Shown: piece after piece, positions 1 to 23,225 of the stretch
Numbering within the stretch: position 1 is the first letter of the stretch
How the letters are laid out: every line of letters starts with the position of its first letter
Origin: the human T2T-CHM13v2.0 reference genome, Homo sapiens
NCBI RefSeq assembly: GCF_009914755.1
Contig: NC_060928.1
Strand: one strand, 5' to 3'
Length of the DNA stretch: 64,000 nucleotides
Position numbers and translations under genes: made by a program
Notes under the pieces: model-generated
Databases searched by the model: none
What the model saw: the letters and a program-made list of their open reading frames with translations, nothing else
Told to the model about the DNA's origin: nothing

Positions 1-99
1 AGTTGGCGACCACTGCTCTAGAGAGAGGATAGAAGACACCCAAATCAGCCAAGAGCAACAACAACAACAGAGGAGGATGGCTTTCAACCAAGTTTGTTT

Positions 100-408
<309 letters not shown>

Positions 409-1369
409 TGATGGTTTATCACATAGAGAGCTCATGCTCTATTGACCTGTAACCATGAGGCAAAATTTGCCCAGAAAATGGAGGTTCCTGAAAGATGGTT
501 GGACCTCCAGGTATTTCAAGAAACAATTTCAACCGCTGCAGCTTCCAACAGAGACACACAAAAAACAAACAAACAGAATGATAGAGAAAGACCTTCCTGA
601 GGCAATATTCTCAATCTGTGACCTTTTAAGATCCTGCTCAAAAGATTTTAAAGCCAGGTTGTGCTTTGATAAGTAAAGGCATATAGTTCCTTTGTACTTG
701 TTCTAAAGGATTAAATGAAGTTAAATTTAATGCCTCCAAATCCCTAAGGCCTTATTATGGACTCCATGAATTAATTTTTCAAATCGCTGTTTGTTTGGAG
801 AGCCTGTCCTGTGTCTCCTGCAAGCTGGTCAAAGAACATTTTGTACTGGCTCTGAAAGAGCTCCGTCAAGTCACAGGAGACTCCATTTCAATTTAACACG
901 TGGCAATTAATTCTCGCAAAAGACTGTGCCTGACAGCTTCAACAGTGTTGTGTAAGAAGACAGAGTACAATTTGGTGGCGTATCAATTTACAGTGTTAGC
1001 ATATTTTTACATGAGCCATAAATCTTGCAGATTCACCAACTCTCAGCTTAATTTATAAGCTTTCGTTTCTGGGAGCACGTCCCACTGCAGTCTCGCCTCC
1101 TTAGTGTTGTAACAGCTTTCTTGAGATTTCACTTCAGAATTTGACAAGGTGTCCAAGATGAATGGTAATCATGTTACAGAGCTAGAGAAACATGCGAACC
1201 AGACTATTTATAACTCTGCCCTTTTACTAGTCACGTTCAGTACTATGTGGCCTTAACCTACAGTTATTGATCTAAATGACCTAGTTCTGAACTGAGACTT
1301 TTCCATTTTTAGAATTAAATTATAATTTGTAGTAATCCTTTAATACTTTAAAACCCTCAAATTGTTAAT

Positions 1370-2045
<676 letters not shown>

Positions 2046-2838
2046 ACACAAAAATGTTCTACAAGAAAAAATAGTGGCTCATATATAATCATGAAATATC
2101 TTGGCTGTCTGTTACATATGCGCTGCAATAATGTTTAAACCCTTGCTAAAGTATAATTTGCCTGAAAGTCTGGGTATGAATTATGATACAGAACATGAAT
2201 TATAGATTGTGCAGTGTTTTATTCAGGGTTTTCTGGATTAGTAGAGACTTTTCTCTGACATTCGCATATATCACACTTCCAACAGACTCCTGGTTCTAAC
2301 ATAGCATGTTCTTAAAAGCCTGTCAGTGATGCTTTAGCTATGTCGGTGCAATATTTATCCTGTGATGTTTCAACAAGGGATGTCTAAAATAGCCAGGAAC
2401 TTCCAGATCATCAAAAACACAATCCACTCTCTAGATTCCAGGCTTTGCAATGACTGCCCAGCTCCAACCACGGTGAGGAGGTATTTGCAAGGAGTCTCAG
2501 GCTGCAGAGAGATGAAGGGTCTAAAAGGAGTCCTTCCAGAAGTGATGCCTCACTGCCTTTAAAGGACATCTGGGACTCAGCTGCAAACATAACCTCAATC
2601 AATTTTTGCAGAGATGTATAGCTTATTTGCCGATAATCATTTTCATGAGAGATGCTATTTCATTGCCTGAAGATTAAAATTTATAACACTGGCTGTAGCA
2701 GCAATAGAAGCCGTTGAATCGCCACCATTATAACCCGCAGGTGAACAGCACCAACTGTTGTGTGAAAGAAGTGGCAGCCTCAAAGCAGTTACAGGCTGAT
2801 TGGAATAAGGGAAGGATTTAGAATAAAATGTTGTAGCG

Positions 2839-3150
<312 letters not shown>

Positions 3151-4924
3151 ACATTGTAGCATAAAATATAGAGGCAAGTGGGGCGTGGGTGGAGGGAACC
3201 GGCGGCTGTCAGACACAGGCAATGAATGGCCTAGAAACCCAAGTGCCGTGTGTTCATGCTTGTTCTGCTAATTCAACACCAAGATATCATGTCTATTTAC
3301 TCCACTGTGAATGCAGATGGTTGTATTGATTGTCAGAATGGTGAACTGAAATAATGTATGAAAAAGTGCCTAAAACATGATAGGTGTTCTGTAAATTATT
3401 CAGTGAACCCGACAAGAGCTAAATGATTCCAATGCTGCTTATGTCAAATACCAATATAGAAATCTCTATTTTGCAAAATAATTTCCCAATCCCAATTATT
3501 GCAATAACTTTCAAACAATTTTTACACAACACAATCATTTAGAGAGACCCACGGATTTCACTATTGTTTTGTGTAGAACAGGACATTCAACTTAATCTGG
3601 TACTAGGGATATATAGTACAGTACAGACACAATTCCTGTTCTCTACAAGTTGATAATCTCATGGAGAAGGTTACACTTACCCCTACCACCTGTGAGATCT
3701 GGATAAATATTTTTTTGCATGTCCCTTGTCTATATAACTGAATTTTTACAACGTATTTCAAAGTTCATACACCCATATGAAATATGGTGATTTATTGATG
3801 AAGATTTTGAAAAGTGGCAAGAAAATAGAGATTAAAGTATTTTTCTGTTGTCCAACCAGTGCATGTAAAAATTCTTTTTAGTGTCCAAGCACTATTGCTT
3901 TTTGTTGAGGTTCAGGAATCATCTCTTTATGTTCTTTATCATCAGATGCCCTCTTTCTAACTGCTTCCACATGCCCCTTCATGAGAAAAAGTTAGCAGGG
4001 CTGTTACTCAAATGCTGTGGCTCTTCAGAAACTGAGTGGACCGAAAGGTTATGGATCGTCTTGTCTCTGCGGTTCTCTAATACCACTCATCTGATTACAT
4101 CATTACTCATCGCCCACTGGGCTTCCAGTGACTCCCTCCAAGGTTGTTACTGGGCTTCATTAATGATGACCACAAATGCAAGTCTTACCCAGAATATGTA
4201 GAAGAATTTGAACAATGATTTGTTTTATAATCAGTTTCACTCTTCTGTTTGGAATATTACCACTTAAACCTGGAAGAACACATCATCCAAATATGTACTC
4301 CTTAGACTATAACCCCAGCATTGCTAGAATGTGATCTCTTTGATACTATCTGTAACTCGACTTTCCAGACACCACCACCAGCAGGGAGGACAGGTGAGGG
4401 GTCCTGTGTGGAGAGAGAAGAGTGGTTCCATTCCTGCAAGAATATCAGTCTTTTATCTGGCAGAACAGGCAGCTCAGTGATGGGAAGCAAGGGATGGTAT
4501 TAATTGGAAGGGTCTGTTGGATTGGAAGGGCCCATTGGCATTGGCATGGTAGAGCAATAGTCTCAAAAGCTCCTCCATGGAGGAGACAGTCAGGGCGCCT
4601 CTCGAGGACTTCCTGACACGTGCAGGAGTCTATGGAGGAGGTGGAGTGACTGCCCTGGTGACAGCAGTTGAGGGTGCACAGGGTAAAAGACCCCTGCCAC
4701 CACCCCCAGTGGCCCTCAGGGGCTATTGATGGGAGGTGGCCCCACAGTTGGGAAATGTGAGCAAAAGCCTGGGCTGGCTTCATGAGTGTGTGACTTTGGG
4801 TTCATGTAAATGGAGTCACATTATATGTGGTCTTTTGTGACTGGCTTCTTTTCCTTGGCATAATGTTTGGTTTAATGCTCTATTGTCATCATCTTAAAAT
4901 TTTTAATTCAATTCAATTAATTAA

Positions 4925-5224
<300 letters not shown>

Positions 5225-5457
5225 AAAATGTTTAATTTTATCTTTGCACATGTGTTTTGGAAGGAAAGTCTACCGGGGCAATGGAACTTGCGTGTTCGCA
5301 GTGGAGATATGCCAAGTGTCCAGACACTGAGCAATGGCCGGGCAGCCAGGGACACTGTGGAGTCCTTAGGTAGCCAGGTCAGGACCTGGGCCTTAATCAG
5401 TGGTGACAACAGGGGCTGTAGCAGCAGTGGTGGTGGTGGCAGTGGTGGCAGCCATGA

Positions 5458-5860
<403 letters not shown>

Positions 5861-6187
5861 CAGTAAATTATTACAAAAGAAAATAAAACATATGGGCATT
5901 GCAATACAGCATACCAGGAAGCTATTAGAATTTTCAGACTGTGGACTCTATAGTTTTTTAAAATACTGGAACACTACAAAGCAAACATCCACAGGCTTAG
6001 AAATTAAATTTAAAAGTCATTGGATTCAATTATTTTCATAAGAAGCTTCAAATGAACCAATGATTAATGAGAAAGACAATTTTAAAATTAAATTTTCCAT
6101 GTAAAAATACAATTACAGAATGCATAAACAAGTGTTTAAATTATATGAAAATTATGAATACAATTTCAAATGACCTCTACAAGTTAG

Positions 6188-6849
<662 letters not shown>

Positions 6850-7072
6850 CCTACATTTACATTTAAAATCACATTCAGATTTAAACAAAACTGATTTGTA
6901 TGAAGAGGTTAATCTTTTTTAGAAAAATCATTCTGTGAAAATCATCTCTAGATGTGCTAAAATGTGGATTTCAAAATAATTTGCCAGAAATTTTTCCCAA
7001 AGCTGTCACAGCTCATAAATATTCTTAGCCCCAGAAAGTTTTGTCCTTCTCAAAATAAAAGTTAAAGTATTA

Positions 7073-8270
<1,198 letters not shown>

Positions 8271-9702
8271 GTTTTCACAAAGGTGAAATTTTCTGTATGT
8301 AGATTTTAGATCAATAAATCTAATTTTTAAAAAGTCTATATTTCCAAAAACATAACAAGTAAAAAGTTTTAAAGAAGAAAATAATAAATCATAACTGCAA
8401 ACATTTCATATTTTACTTCAGAAAGGTATAATAACTAAGACCATCCTGGAAAAAACTATAAAGAAAATTTTTGTTTTTTTTTAAGACCTGATGCATGAAA
8501 TCATTTTGAATTCTTTTTAAGGATTTGAAGCTGTATTGTTGTATTCCCACAAAGAGCATCCTAAAACTCCCAAATGTTTGAAAATAAATAAATTTTAATG
8601 ACTGTAATCCAAAAACATATGATATTTTAGGAGGGATGTTGATTCTTGCACATTTGTATGGCCTCTAAGATCAAATGGAGAAAGTAGAGGGTTGTGACAA
8701 GACCCCCAGAGTGAGTGCCTAAACTGCAGTCTCAGAGTGAGTTTACACCAGAATGAGCATGACTGAGAAATGGCAGAGCAGGCCACACTTCCCACCTATT
8801 TTTATAAGAGACTCAGGTGACTCATGGCCCAGTGACCAAAGCCTGTGAGAGTCTTTGAGACTAGGGGATCTAGTACTAAGATCCCTAAGCTCGCTACTGA
8901 TGAGGGTCATTCCTTCTAACAGGGACTGGTGTAGATGGAAAAGGAGCCCAAACAGAGGAGGAAGAGATTTGTGCATAAGCTTAGGCAAGATCCAAGGTGC
9001 CAGGTTGAAGATGAATGCATCTGAGAACAGATTAGTTTCTGTTCAGCTTCCTTCAGATGTCTTGGAGTCTTAGGAAAATGAGGCTGTAATCACTACCACC
9101 ACTGCCTTCATTTACAGTGTGTGCTTAATATGGGCTTGGCATTGCGCTAAGCTTTTATGTGTTTTATCTCATTTCATTCTCAAAACAATCATAAAATGCA
9201 GTAATTTTCCTTATCTCCCCTGTACAAATAAAAAAGCGGAGACACAGAGAGATTAAATAGGCTGCCAGAAGGGGGATGCCCAGTCATTAAATTGTAGAAA
9301 AGGAATTCAAACATAGGCATTCTGACTCCAAAATATTTACTCGTAACAAGTACAAAAAGGAGTTAGTTACATAAGGATTTGCATTTTTATACAAAAATTT
9401 CTACACAAAACTGCCAATAAAGGCAAGACAGCTTTAGAACCTCACCAGAGTAAAACACTAGAGGTGGAGAGAGAGGAGATGGTGTAGTCTGGGGAAGATG
9501 TATTCCAGCAGTGCTAGTGAGAGAGGATAAAGAATGCCTTCATAAAACACCCATGTGAAAATACACTCCACAGCCTTCCTGAACCCAGAAATGTCCAACA
9601 GTACAATGATACATAGAGCAAATCAGGGGCTACTGTTCTGATTCTGACACTGACTCCACTGTGCCCTACAGTTAGTGTGACCCAGGGAAACACATATTAT
9701 AT

Positions 9703-9870
9703 ATGTGGTTTTCAAATTTGCCTGCATGTTGGAAATACCTGGGAGACTTTAAAAATACTAACATTTGGGTCTCGCCCCCAGAGGTTCTGATTTAATTGGT
9801 TCTGGAAATTTAAGTTTAGTTTAAGGCTTCCAAGTGACTCTAATGTGCCATCAGGGTTGAAAACCGCTGT
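9703..9870. mobile_element. MER5-like hAT-Charlie MITE
   Basis: Terminal inverted gtggttttcaa...ttgaaaaccgctg and the MER5 internal cccagaggttctgatttaattgg motif. Confidence 0.75.
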
Positions 9871-9949
9871 ATTAGAGGGCATTACAGCTTACTTGATGAG
9901 TACTGGGAAAGACTCCTTTAGCCAATCTGCCAAACTCTGAGTTTTAGTT

Positions 9950-13580
<3,631 letters not shown>

Positions 13581-14669
13581 AACTTCCAACAAGGAACTAC
13601 TGGTCTAGTGAATGAATATCATCATATTCACACCTATGCTTCATGTTCATTTCAATTGTTTTAACACTTTGTATTAAGACAGCTCTGTTTCTCTGGAGGT
13701 CCTGCTGAGACTTCTAGCTGTGTGCCACTGGCAATGAAACCCAACATATTTACCATACACACTTGTGAGCACATTCTTCAGATATCCCTCTGAATTATAA
13801 TTGTAGCTGTTGTAAGTCATTTTGGGACAGTCTGCCCTCGAGGAACCAAAACAAATAAATAGAAAAGATTATCTCTCAATAGCTTTAATTAATTTTGTTC
13901 CATTAGTCTTGCACTTTCATACTGCTATCACATAATTATTTGTAAATTATATTCATAACTGTTTCTTAATTTGTAGTAATTTTATCACTCAGAGGATAAT
14001 AGTTAATTATTTTCCCTATAATTATCATGGAAGAAAAACAGGGCTCTTTAAAACTGTGAAATTAAATTGGAAAGGAATTTCAAACAGCCACACTTCCCTT
14101 TGCCCTGACATCCCAGATGGTGTCTATGGTTTGTGTTCACAGTTATGCAAAATGACAGATGTCAGGAAGCAAATATTTTCAGCATATTAATAAGAGTGAA
14201 TGCACTGCCACCTTCTGCATTGCAGCCATGCACTGACACAGAATGCTGATAACTCTCAGATGGAGCAGACGAAAAGGCTCAGGTACACTCCTGGATTGTT
14301 TAGTGTCTGGAGCAGTCAATGGAAAATCAAAACACTGAAGATCTAGCACCTACTCCACCAGAGACTCACTGTGTGACTTTGGTCATGTTCCTTTTAGGAG
14401 ACAGGGATATGAACTAGTAAGTAGAGAAGTAAGACTAGTAAGCAGAGAGCCACATCTCATTGATTCAGCGTCATCATCAGAGATGAGATGGTGCACACAC
14501 CATAATTCTCCAAATAGCTGAAGCTTATTTTAAGCTCTGACATGTTAATTTTTATCAATTTTGAAGGAAATCCCTCTAAAACATATCATACAGTCATATT
14601 GTTTCTTAAAGTGAATGACATAAAACATAATTTCAACCTCCTCTTTAACCAACACAAAAATATATAATA

Positions 14670-15019
<350 letters not shown>

Positions 15020-15022
15020 CTA

Positions 15023-15068
15023 TGTGTGGCAGTTAAAAGAGATCTGTGTGGCAGTTAAAAGAGATCTG
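15023..15068. repeat. Perfect 22-nt tandem duplication (tgtgtggcagttaaaagagatc x2)
   Basis: Read directly from the sequence. Confidence 0.95.
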
Positions 15069-15912
15069 CTGTAGTCAAAGAACTCTCTTCCCAACTTGAC
15101 CATTTCCAAAAAGGCCTGCATCTGCTGGAGGTGACATGTCACTCTACAGAGGCCTCTGGGCCTGACTTCTCTTCCAGAGGGCTGAGACTTAGTATGTGGA
15201 TTTGCAGGCCTAGTAGCCAGAGTCGCTGATCCCTCCGGCCTCCTCTGGAATGTGTTCTTGGATGAGTTAGGCTTTCTCAACACGTGAACGCAGTGTTTCA
15301 GGTCTATCCCCTAATCTTAAGTACTATGACCCTCTTACCTTCTAGGTGAGGGGTGCCCCCCTACTCTCTGTTCAAATCATGTTTCAGGTGGAATGGAAAG
15401 GTGATGTGTCTGGTTTTCAAATCCCTGTGCGTTGGAAGCATTGATGATGACGGCAGCAACCTCAGCTCATTCATTTTAGCTCCCTCTGCTGTTTCAGCAA
15501 CATAGATCATTAAAACAAAAAACTACAACAGAAAACCAAACCAACAACAACAAAACCCCTAAGAACTCTTTTTTTTTTTTTTTCTAAGAACTCTTAAGGA
15601 GAGGAAAAGGAAAGAAACTTAATTGGGGCTGGAAAGTTTTATAAAAGAAGCAATCTTTATATGAAAAACTAAAGAGGATATGGAATACACTTTTCTAAAA
15701 TAGCTACTTTTTCTTTCACTGTGTCTTTTTATCATCATTAAAAATTATGTTCACATTAATAAATATTACCAATCTGATAATAATAATTTATGGCTTGGAG
15801 TTATTGATTTATTCTTCAACAAATATTTATGATCCCATTATGCACATAGTACATGGGGCTGGGTGCTGTGGATACACAGGGGAGGAAGAGAGTTGTTTTA
15901 ATAATGCTCTTT

Positions 15913-16371
15913 AGCTGGGCACAGTGGTTCATGCCTGTAATCCCAGCACTTTGGGAGGCCGAGGCAGGCAGATCACTCAAAGTCAGGACCAGTTTGGCCA
16001 AGATGGCAAAATCCCATCTTTACTAAAAATACAAAAATTAGCTGGGTGTGGTGGCATGAGCCTGTAATCTCAGTTACTTGGGAGGTTGAGGCACGAGAAT
16101 CACTTGAAACCGGGAAGCAGAGGTTTCAGTGAGCCGAGATTATGACACTGCACTCCACCCTGGGCAACACAGTGAGACCCTGCCTCAAAAAAAAAATACA
16201 AAAAGTAGCCAGGCACAGTGGCGCATGCCTGCAATCCCAGCTACATGGGAAGCTGAGGCAGGAGAATCACTTGAACCCAGAGGTGGAGACTGCAGTGAGC
16301 CAAGATCACTTCACTGCACTCCAGCCTGGGTGACAAAGAGAGACCCTGTCTCAAAAAATTAAAAAAAAAAA
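15913..16371 (+). mobile_element. Trimeric Alu (left arm + right arm + second right arm)
   Basis: The A-tail at ~16187-16205 runs into another right monomer. Confidence 0.85.
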
Positions 16372-16559
16372 GATACTCTTTAATCTCATAAATCTGCATG
16401 GGTTTATTCCTGTTTTCATTGTCATAACCATTCCTTGGAAAATAGATGAAATCATTAATGAAGATTAATGTAATTTACTATAGATTTATTTTAAAAAATA
16501 AAACCCTTTAAAAGTTTTGTCTCTGATCTTCAAACCTATCATTAAAGGCAGTAGTATGA

Positions 16560-16745
16560 ACCTTGAAAACAAACTTGGGCACGTGACCTAAACCTTCTGT
16601 GCCTTAGTTTCCTTAGTATAAATGGGATGCTGGCGATAACACTACTTCATATAGGATTGTTGGAAATAATAAATGAGTTAAATCACTTTAAGTGCTCAGG
16701 CTAATACCTGACACCCAGAAAGCACGAAATAAATGTTAGTTATTA
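16560..16745 (+). mobile_element. MIR
   Basis: MIR core: ttgggcacgtgacctaaaccttctgtgccttagtttcctt...aaatgggat. Confidence 0.75.
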
Positions 16746-17001
16746 TCTTTATTCATTTGTGAATTCACTGAGCACCTACTATGTTTTTCCTATTCATATG
16801 AGCAAACATACAAAGACTTTATGCTTTGCTAATTGTTTCCATCATTTCCAGCAAAATTTCTAAAAGACAAGTTTTCCATAATTGCCGTCTCTGCTTCCCT
16901 ACTGCCGGTTCTCACTTAAATCCTCCATACTCTGGATCCTGACTTTGGTCCCCTTCAGTACCTGTATTCCTGAAAGGCCGTTAAAGATCCCCAAAGTCCC
17001 C

Positions 17002-17705
<704 letters not shown>

Positions 17706-17766
17706 TCCTAGAGTTATTTTATCTCTGACTCTTTTTCTGTTTCCTTTGATCTTTCTTTTGTCCCAA

Positions 17767-19280
<1,514 letters not shown>

Positions 19281-19297
19281 ATATATAAAATATATAA

Positions 19298-19850
<553 letters not shown>

Positions 19851-20055
19851 TTCACTCCGTGGCTCACTCCATTGTAAGATAATATTCTAACTCCTCTCTT
19901 CCCTACAGGTTAAGTTCCCAAGGGCTTTTAAGGCTCTCTATTTTACAAAATCTTAAATTCCATATTATTCACAGCAAGTAATTTAATAAGTGTTAAATAG
20001 AGGCAAGATTGGCTAGAAGTGGTCTTCATTCTAAATGAAGACCTTGGGAAGCGGG

Positions 20056-20088
20056 GTGTGTGTGTGTGTGAGTGTGTATGTGTGTGTG

Positions 20089-20128
<40 letters not shown>

Positions 20129-20140
20129 AGAGTGCGTGAG
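20056..20140. repeat. (TG)n microsatellite, interrupted
   Basis: Read directly from the sequence. Confidence 0.95.
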
Positions 20141-20218
20141 TGCATTTGTATTCCAGAACTCCACTTTCTGGAATAGGAATATTTAGGAAGAACATATCTA
20201 GGCTTTCAGTACACCTAT

Positions 20219-20969
20219 TGAAATGGGAGAGTTCCCTTATCTCCCTTGCAGGGCGTGTGGCTGGCTTCTTCCGTGCCCTGCTGCTCAGACCCCTAGGGGA
20301 GCATGCAGATGGGCAGGTGCAGAGGTCGTGGGGAGCATTTTTGGGCTCTGACCCCCAAGGCAGTGAAGCCCAAGTGGGCGTGTGTTACAGTGTGCTCCTT
20401 CAGCTTTGCTGTCTGCTGATGGCTTGTGTTAATCAGCTGGATAGACCCTCTGCCTTACTGCAAGGGCAGAGGGCGTCCTGTATCCTGAGTTCTTACCCAG
20501 TGTACTGGAAAAATTGTATCACACGTGAGCTCAAAGGATGAGTGCAAGGTTTTATAGAGTGGTGGAAATGGCTTTCAGTGAGATGGGTGGGGAGCCGAAA
20601 GGGAGATGGAGTGGGAAGGTGGTCTTCCCCTGGAGTTAGGACGCCCAGCGTCCCCCAGCCAAACTCCCCTCGGTGTCCACCTAGTTCTGCCATCCCTGGT
20701 CTGCCGGTGCCTGCTGGTGTGCTCCTCTGCTCCTCTCCATGCCTAGCCACTTGTGTCTGTGCCTGCTAAGGTCTTGGGCTTATATGGACACAGGCTGGGG
20801 GCACGTGTCAGGCCAGAGAGGTCTTAGAAAATGCAACATTTGGGCACAAAATAAAAACAGGAGCGCCTGTTCTCACTTAGATCTGTGGGCACAAGCCCAA
20901 GGGTGGAGCTCTCGCCAGGGACCCTGCCCTTTTCTACCCAGCACTTTCCTGCCCCCCCGTCCTGTATCA
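20219..20969 (-). mobile_element. ERV1 solo LTR, MER52/LTR27-28-like
   Basis: The minus strand begins TGATACAGG...gtccctggcgagagctccaccc and ends ...ctcccatttCA. GC-rich, near-TSD ctat/ctag. Confidence 0.75.
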
Positions 20970-21568
20970 CTAGCAGTATAGTAATATATACAGATAAGTA
21001 CCAAACCCTTGCTTGAAGAATGAAAATCTTTCCAAAGCAGAAATTAAGAAGTGATTTTTGGCAGAGATATTGAAATAAATTATGTTCCTGGTTGCTGGTG
21101 GAATGTCAGTATTTCCATTATAAATTGTCGATTCAAATTCAGATGGTACAGGATGGAGTTCACTGTGTTCCATTAAAGCCTTTGAATTCCAGGGCATGTG
21201 TGCCCTGATTCCTTTCAGGTTATTACACAGTTTTCCTTGAAACAGGGATAAAATTGGCTGATTCATTAAACTCATCATGACATAATGCTAAGTAATAAAT
21301 TCAAAGACAAACCCATACAGGAAAATCAGGTCGCAAAAACTAACAAACTTTCTTACACATCCACTTGTTTCATTTGCAGCCATTTTTATGTATTTCAGTT
21401 TAATTTATGAGGAGTTCAGTTTAATTTGTGAGGACTCCTAGAATCTTTTGAAGGATCTGCTAGGAATTTGTTGCTCTGTGCAAACAAAGATCTATGCTTC
21501 CTTTAAGACTCAGCTCAAGTCACACCTCCCATTAATCTTACTTAACCAGAAATCTTATGTAACTCTTC

Positions 21569-21929
21569 TTATGGACTGTGTGTTGTGTTCCCAAAAATTC
21601 ATATATTAAAATCCTAGCCCCCAGTGTGATGGTGTTTGGAGGTAGGGTCTCTGGGAGGTGATCAGGTTATGAGGGTGCAGCCCTTATGAATGGCATTAGT
21701 GCCCTTATGAAAAAGACCCCAGAGAGCTCCCTCGCCCTCTTTCTGCCAAGTGAGGATACAATGAGAAGTTGGCAGCCTGCACCCCAACAGACCCCTCATA
21801 GGAACCCAGCCACGTTGGCACCTTGATCTCGGACTTCCAGCCTCCAGAATGGTGAGAAATACTTATTTGTTGCTTACAAGCCACCCAGTCTATGGTACTT
21901 TGGTATAGCAGCTTGAACTGACTAAGGCA
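21569..21929 (+). mobile_element. MLT1A-type MaLR LTR
   Basis: atgaatggcattagtgcccttatgaaaaagaccccagagagctcc...ggcaccttgatctcggacttccagcctccagaa. Confidence 0.85.
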
Positions 21930-21984
21930 TTCCCTGGCCTAGTATTTCCACTAGTTCATCATCATAATCACCTATGAGTTTTTG

Positions 21985-22018
<34 letters not shown>

Positions 22019-22509
22019 GCCAGATTTCTAAAGATTCCCCTAGGTAAATCTGGAATAGGCCCAGTAACAATTGTAAAAGTTCCTGTGGGGATTATGATGA
22101 TCAGGCAGATTTAGAAGCTACTTGTCTATCTCAATCTTCTAGTACTTAATAGGTGTGCAGTAGATGAGTTTAGAAATACCGAACTCCTGCAGACCTGCTT
22201 TTCTGAGAACTATTTCTCTATCCACAAGTAGTGGGTCCTGACAAGTTTAACTTTGGTACATGACTTTCTTTTGGGGACAGTGATTTGACCAAGAGAAGGT
22301 ATCTGACATAAGCTGAGTCAGACTTTTTTCTTGTTTTATTTGAATTGAGAGATTGAGCCTGAAAGAGTTGGGAACTGCGTCACTTAGAAGAGCATGAGAC
22401 TCAAGGTCCACAGTGCCCTGCTGGGCTTCTGGGGCTTTTCTGCTTCCCGCCTTTTCTGCCTTTTCTGGGGCCCGTTGCCATCAACTCTTCCTGGAGTTCC
22501 CGTGAAACA

Positions 22510-22880
22510 CTGGGGCTGCTATAAAAACTACCGCCACCCCTGAGTGCCTTCAAACACTAGAACTGGATTCTCTCACAGTTTAGGAGGCCAGAAATCCAAA
22601 ATCAAGGTGTTGGCTCACGCCTGTCTTCCTAGCACTTTGGGAGGCTGAGGCGGGTGGATTACCTGAGGTCAGGAGTTTGAGACCAGCCTGGCCAACATGG
22701 CGAAACCCCGTCTCTACTAAAAATACAAAAATTAGCTGGGTGTGGTGGCGGGCACCTATAATCCCAGCTACTCAGGAGACTGAGGCAGGAGAATCACTTG
22801 AACCTGGAGGGCGGAGGTTGCAGTGAGCCGAGATCACGCCACTTCACTCCAGCCTGGGCGAAAGAGTGAAACTCTGTCTC

Positions 22881-22911
<31 letters not shown>

Positions 22912-23225
22912 AGGTGTGGGCAGGATTGGTTCCTTCTGGGGGCTGTTGAGGAGAAACTGCCCCAAGTGTCTCCCCTAGCTTCCTTCTGGTGTTGCCAGCA
23001 ATCCTTGGCACTCCCTGGTTGTAGGCACATCACTCCAATCTCTGCGGCCTCTCTTTTTTTTTTAAGGACACCAGTCATTGTATATAGAGCTCACCCTAAA
23101 TCCAGGAAGAGTTCATCTCAAGATCCTCAACTAATTACATCTGCAAAGACTCTATTTCCAAATAAGGTCAGACCCTGAGGTTCTGGGTGGACTAGATTTC
23201 AGAGGGACACTTATTCCATCCTCTA
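22510..23225 (-). mobile_element. MLT1B/C LTR with nested + strand AluS (~22611-22904, TSD aaaatcaaggtgt)
   Basis: ctcacagtttaggaggccagaaatccaaaatcaaggtgt...taattacatctgcaaagactctatttccaaataaggtca. Confidence 0.85.

Noticed and set aside
20140-20981. Several overlapping ORFs in GC-rich sequence
   Set aside because: All lie inside an ERV1 solo LTR, with no gag/pol/env similarity.
21986-22012. Isolated long poly(A) run
   Set aside because: No flanking duplication; it sits at an A-rich position of a MER5-like remnant, so slippage expansion is the simpler explanation.
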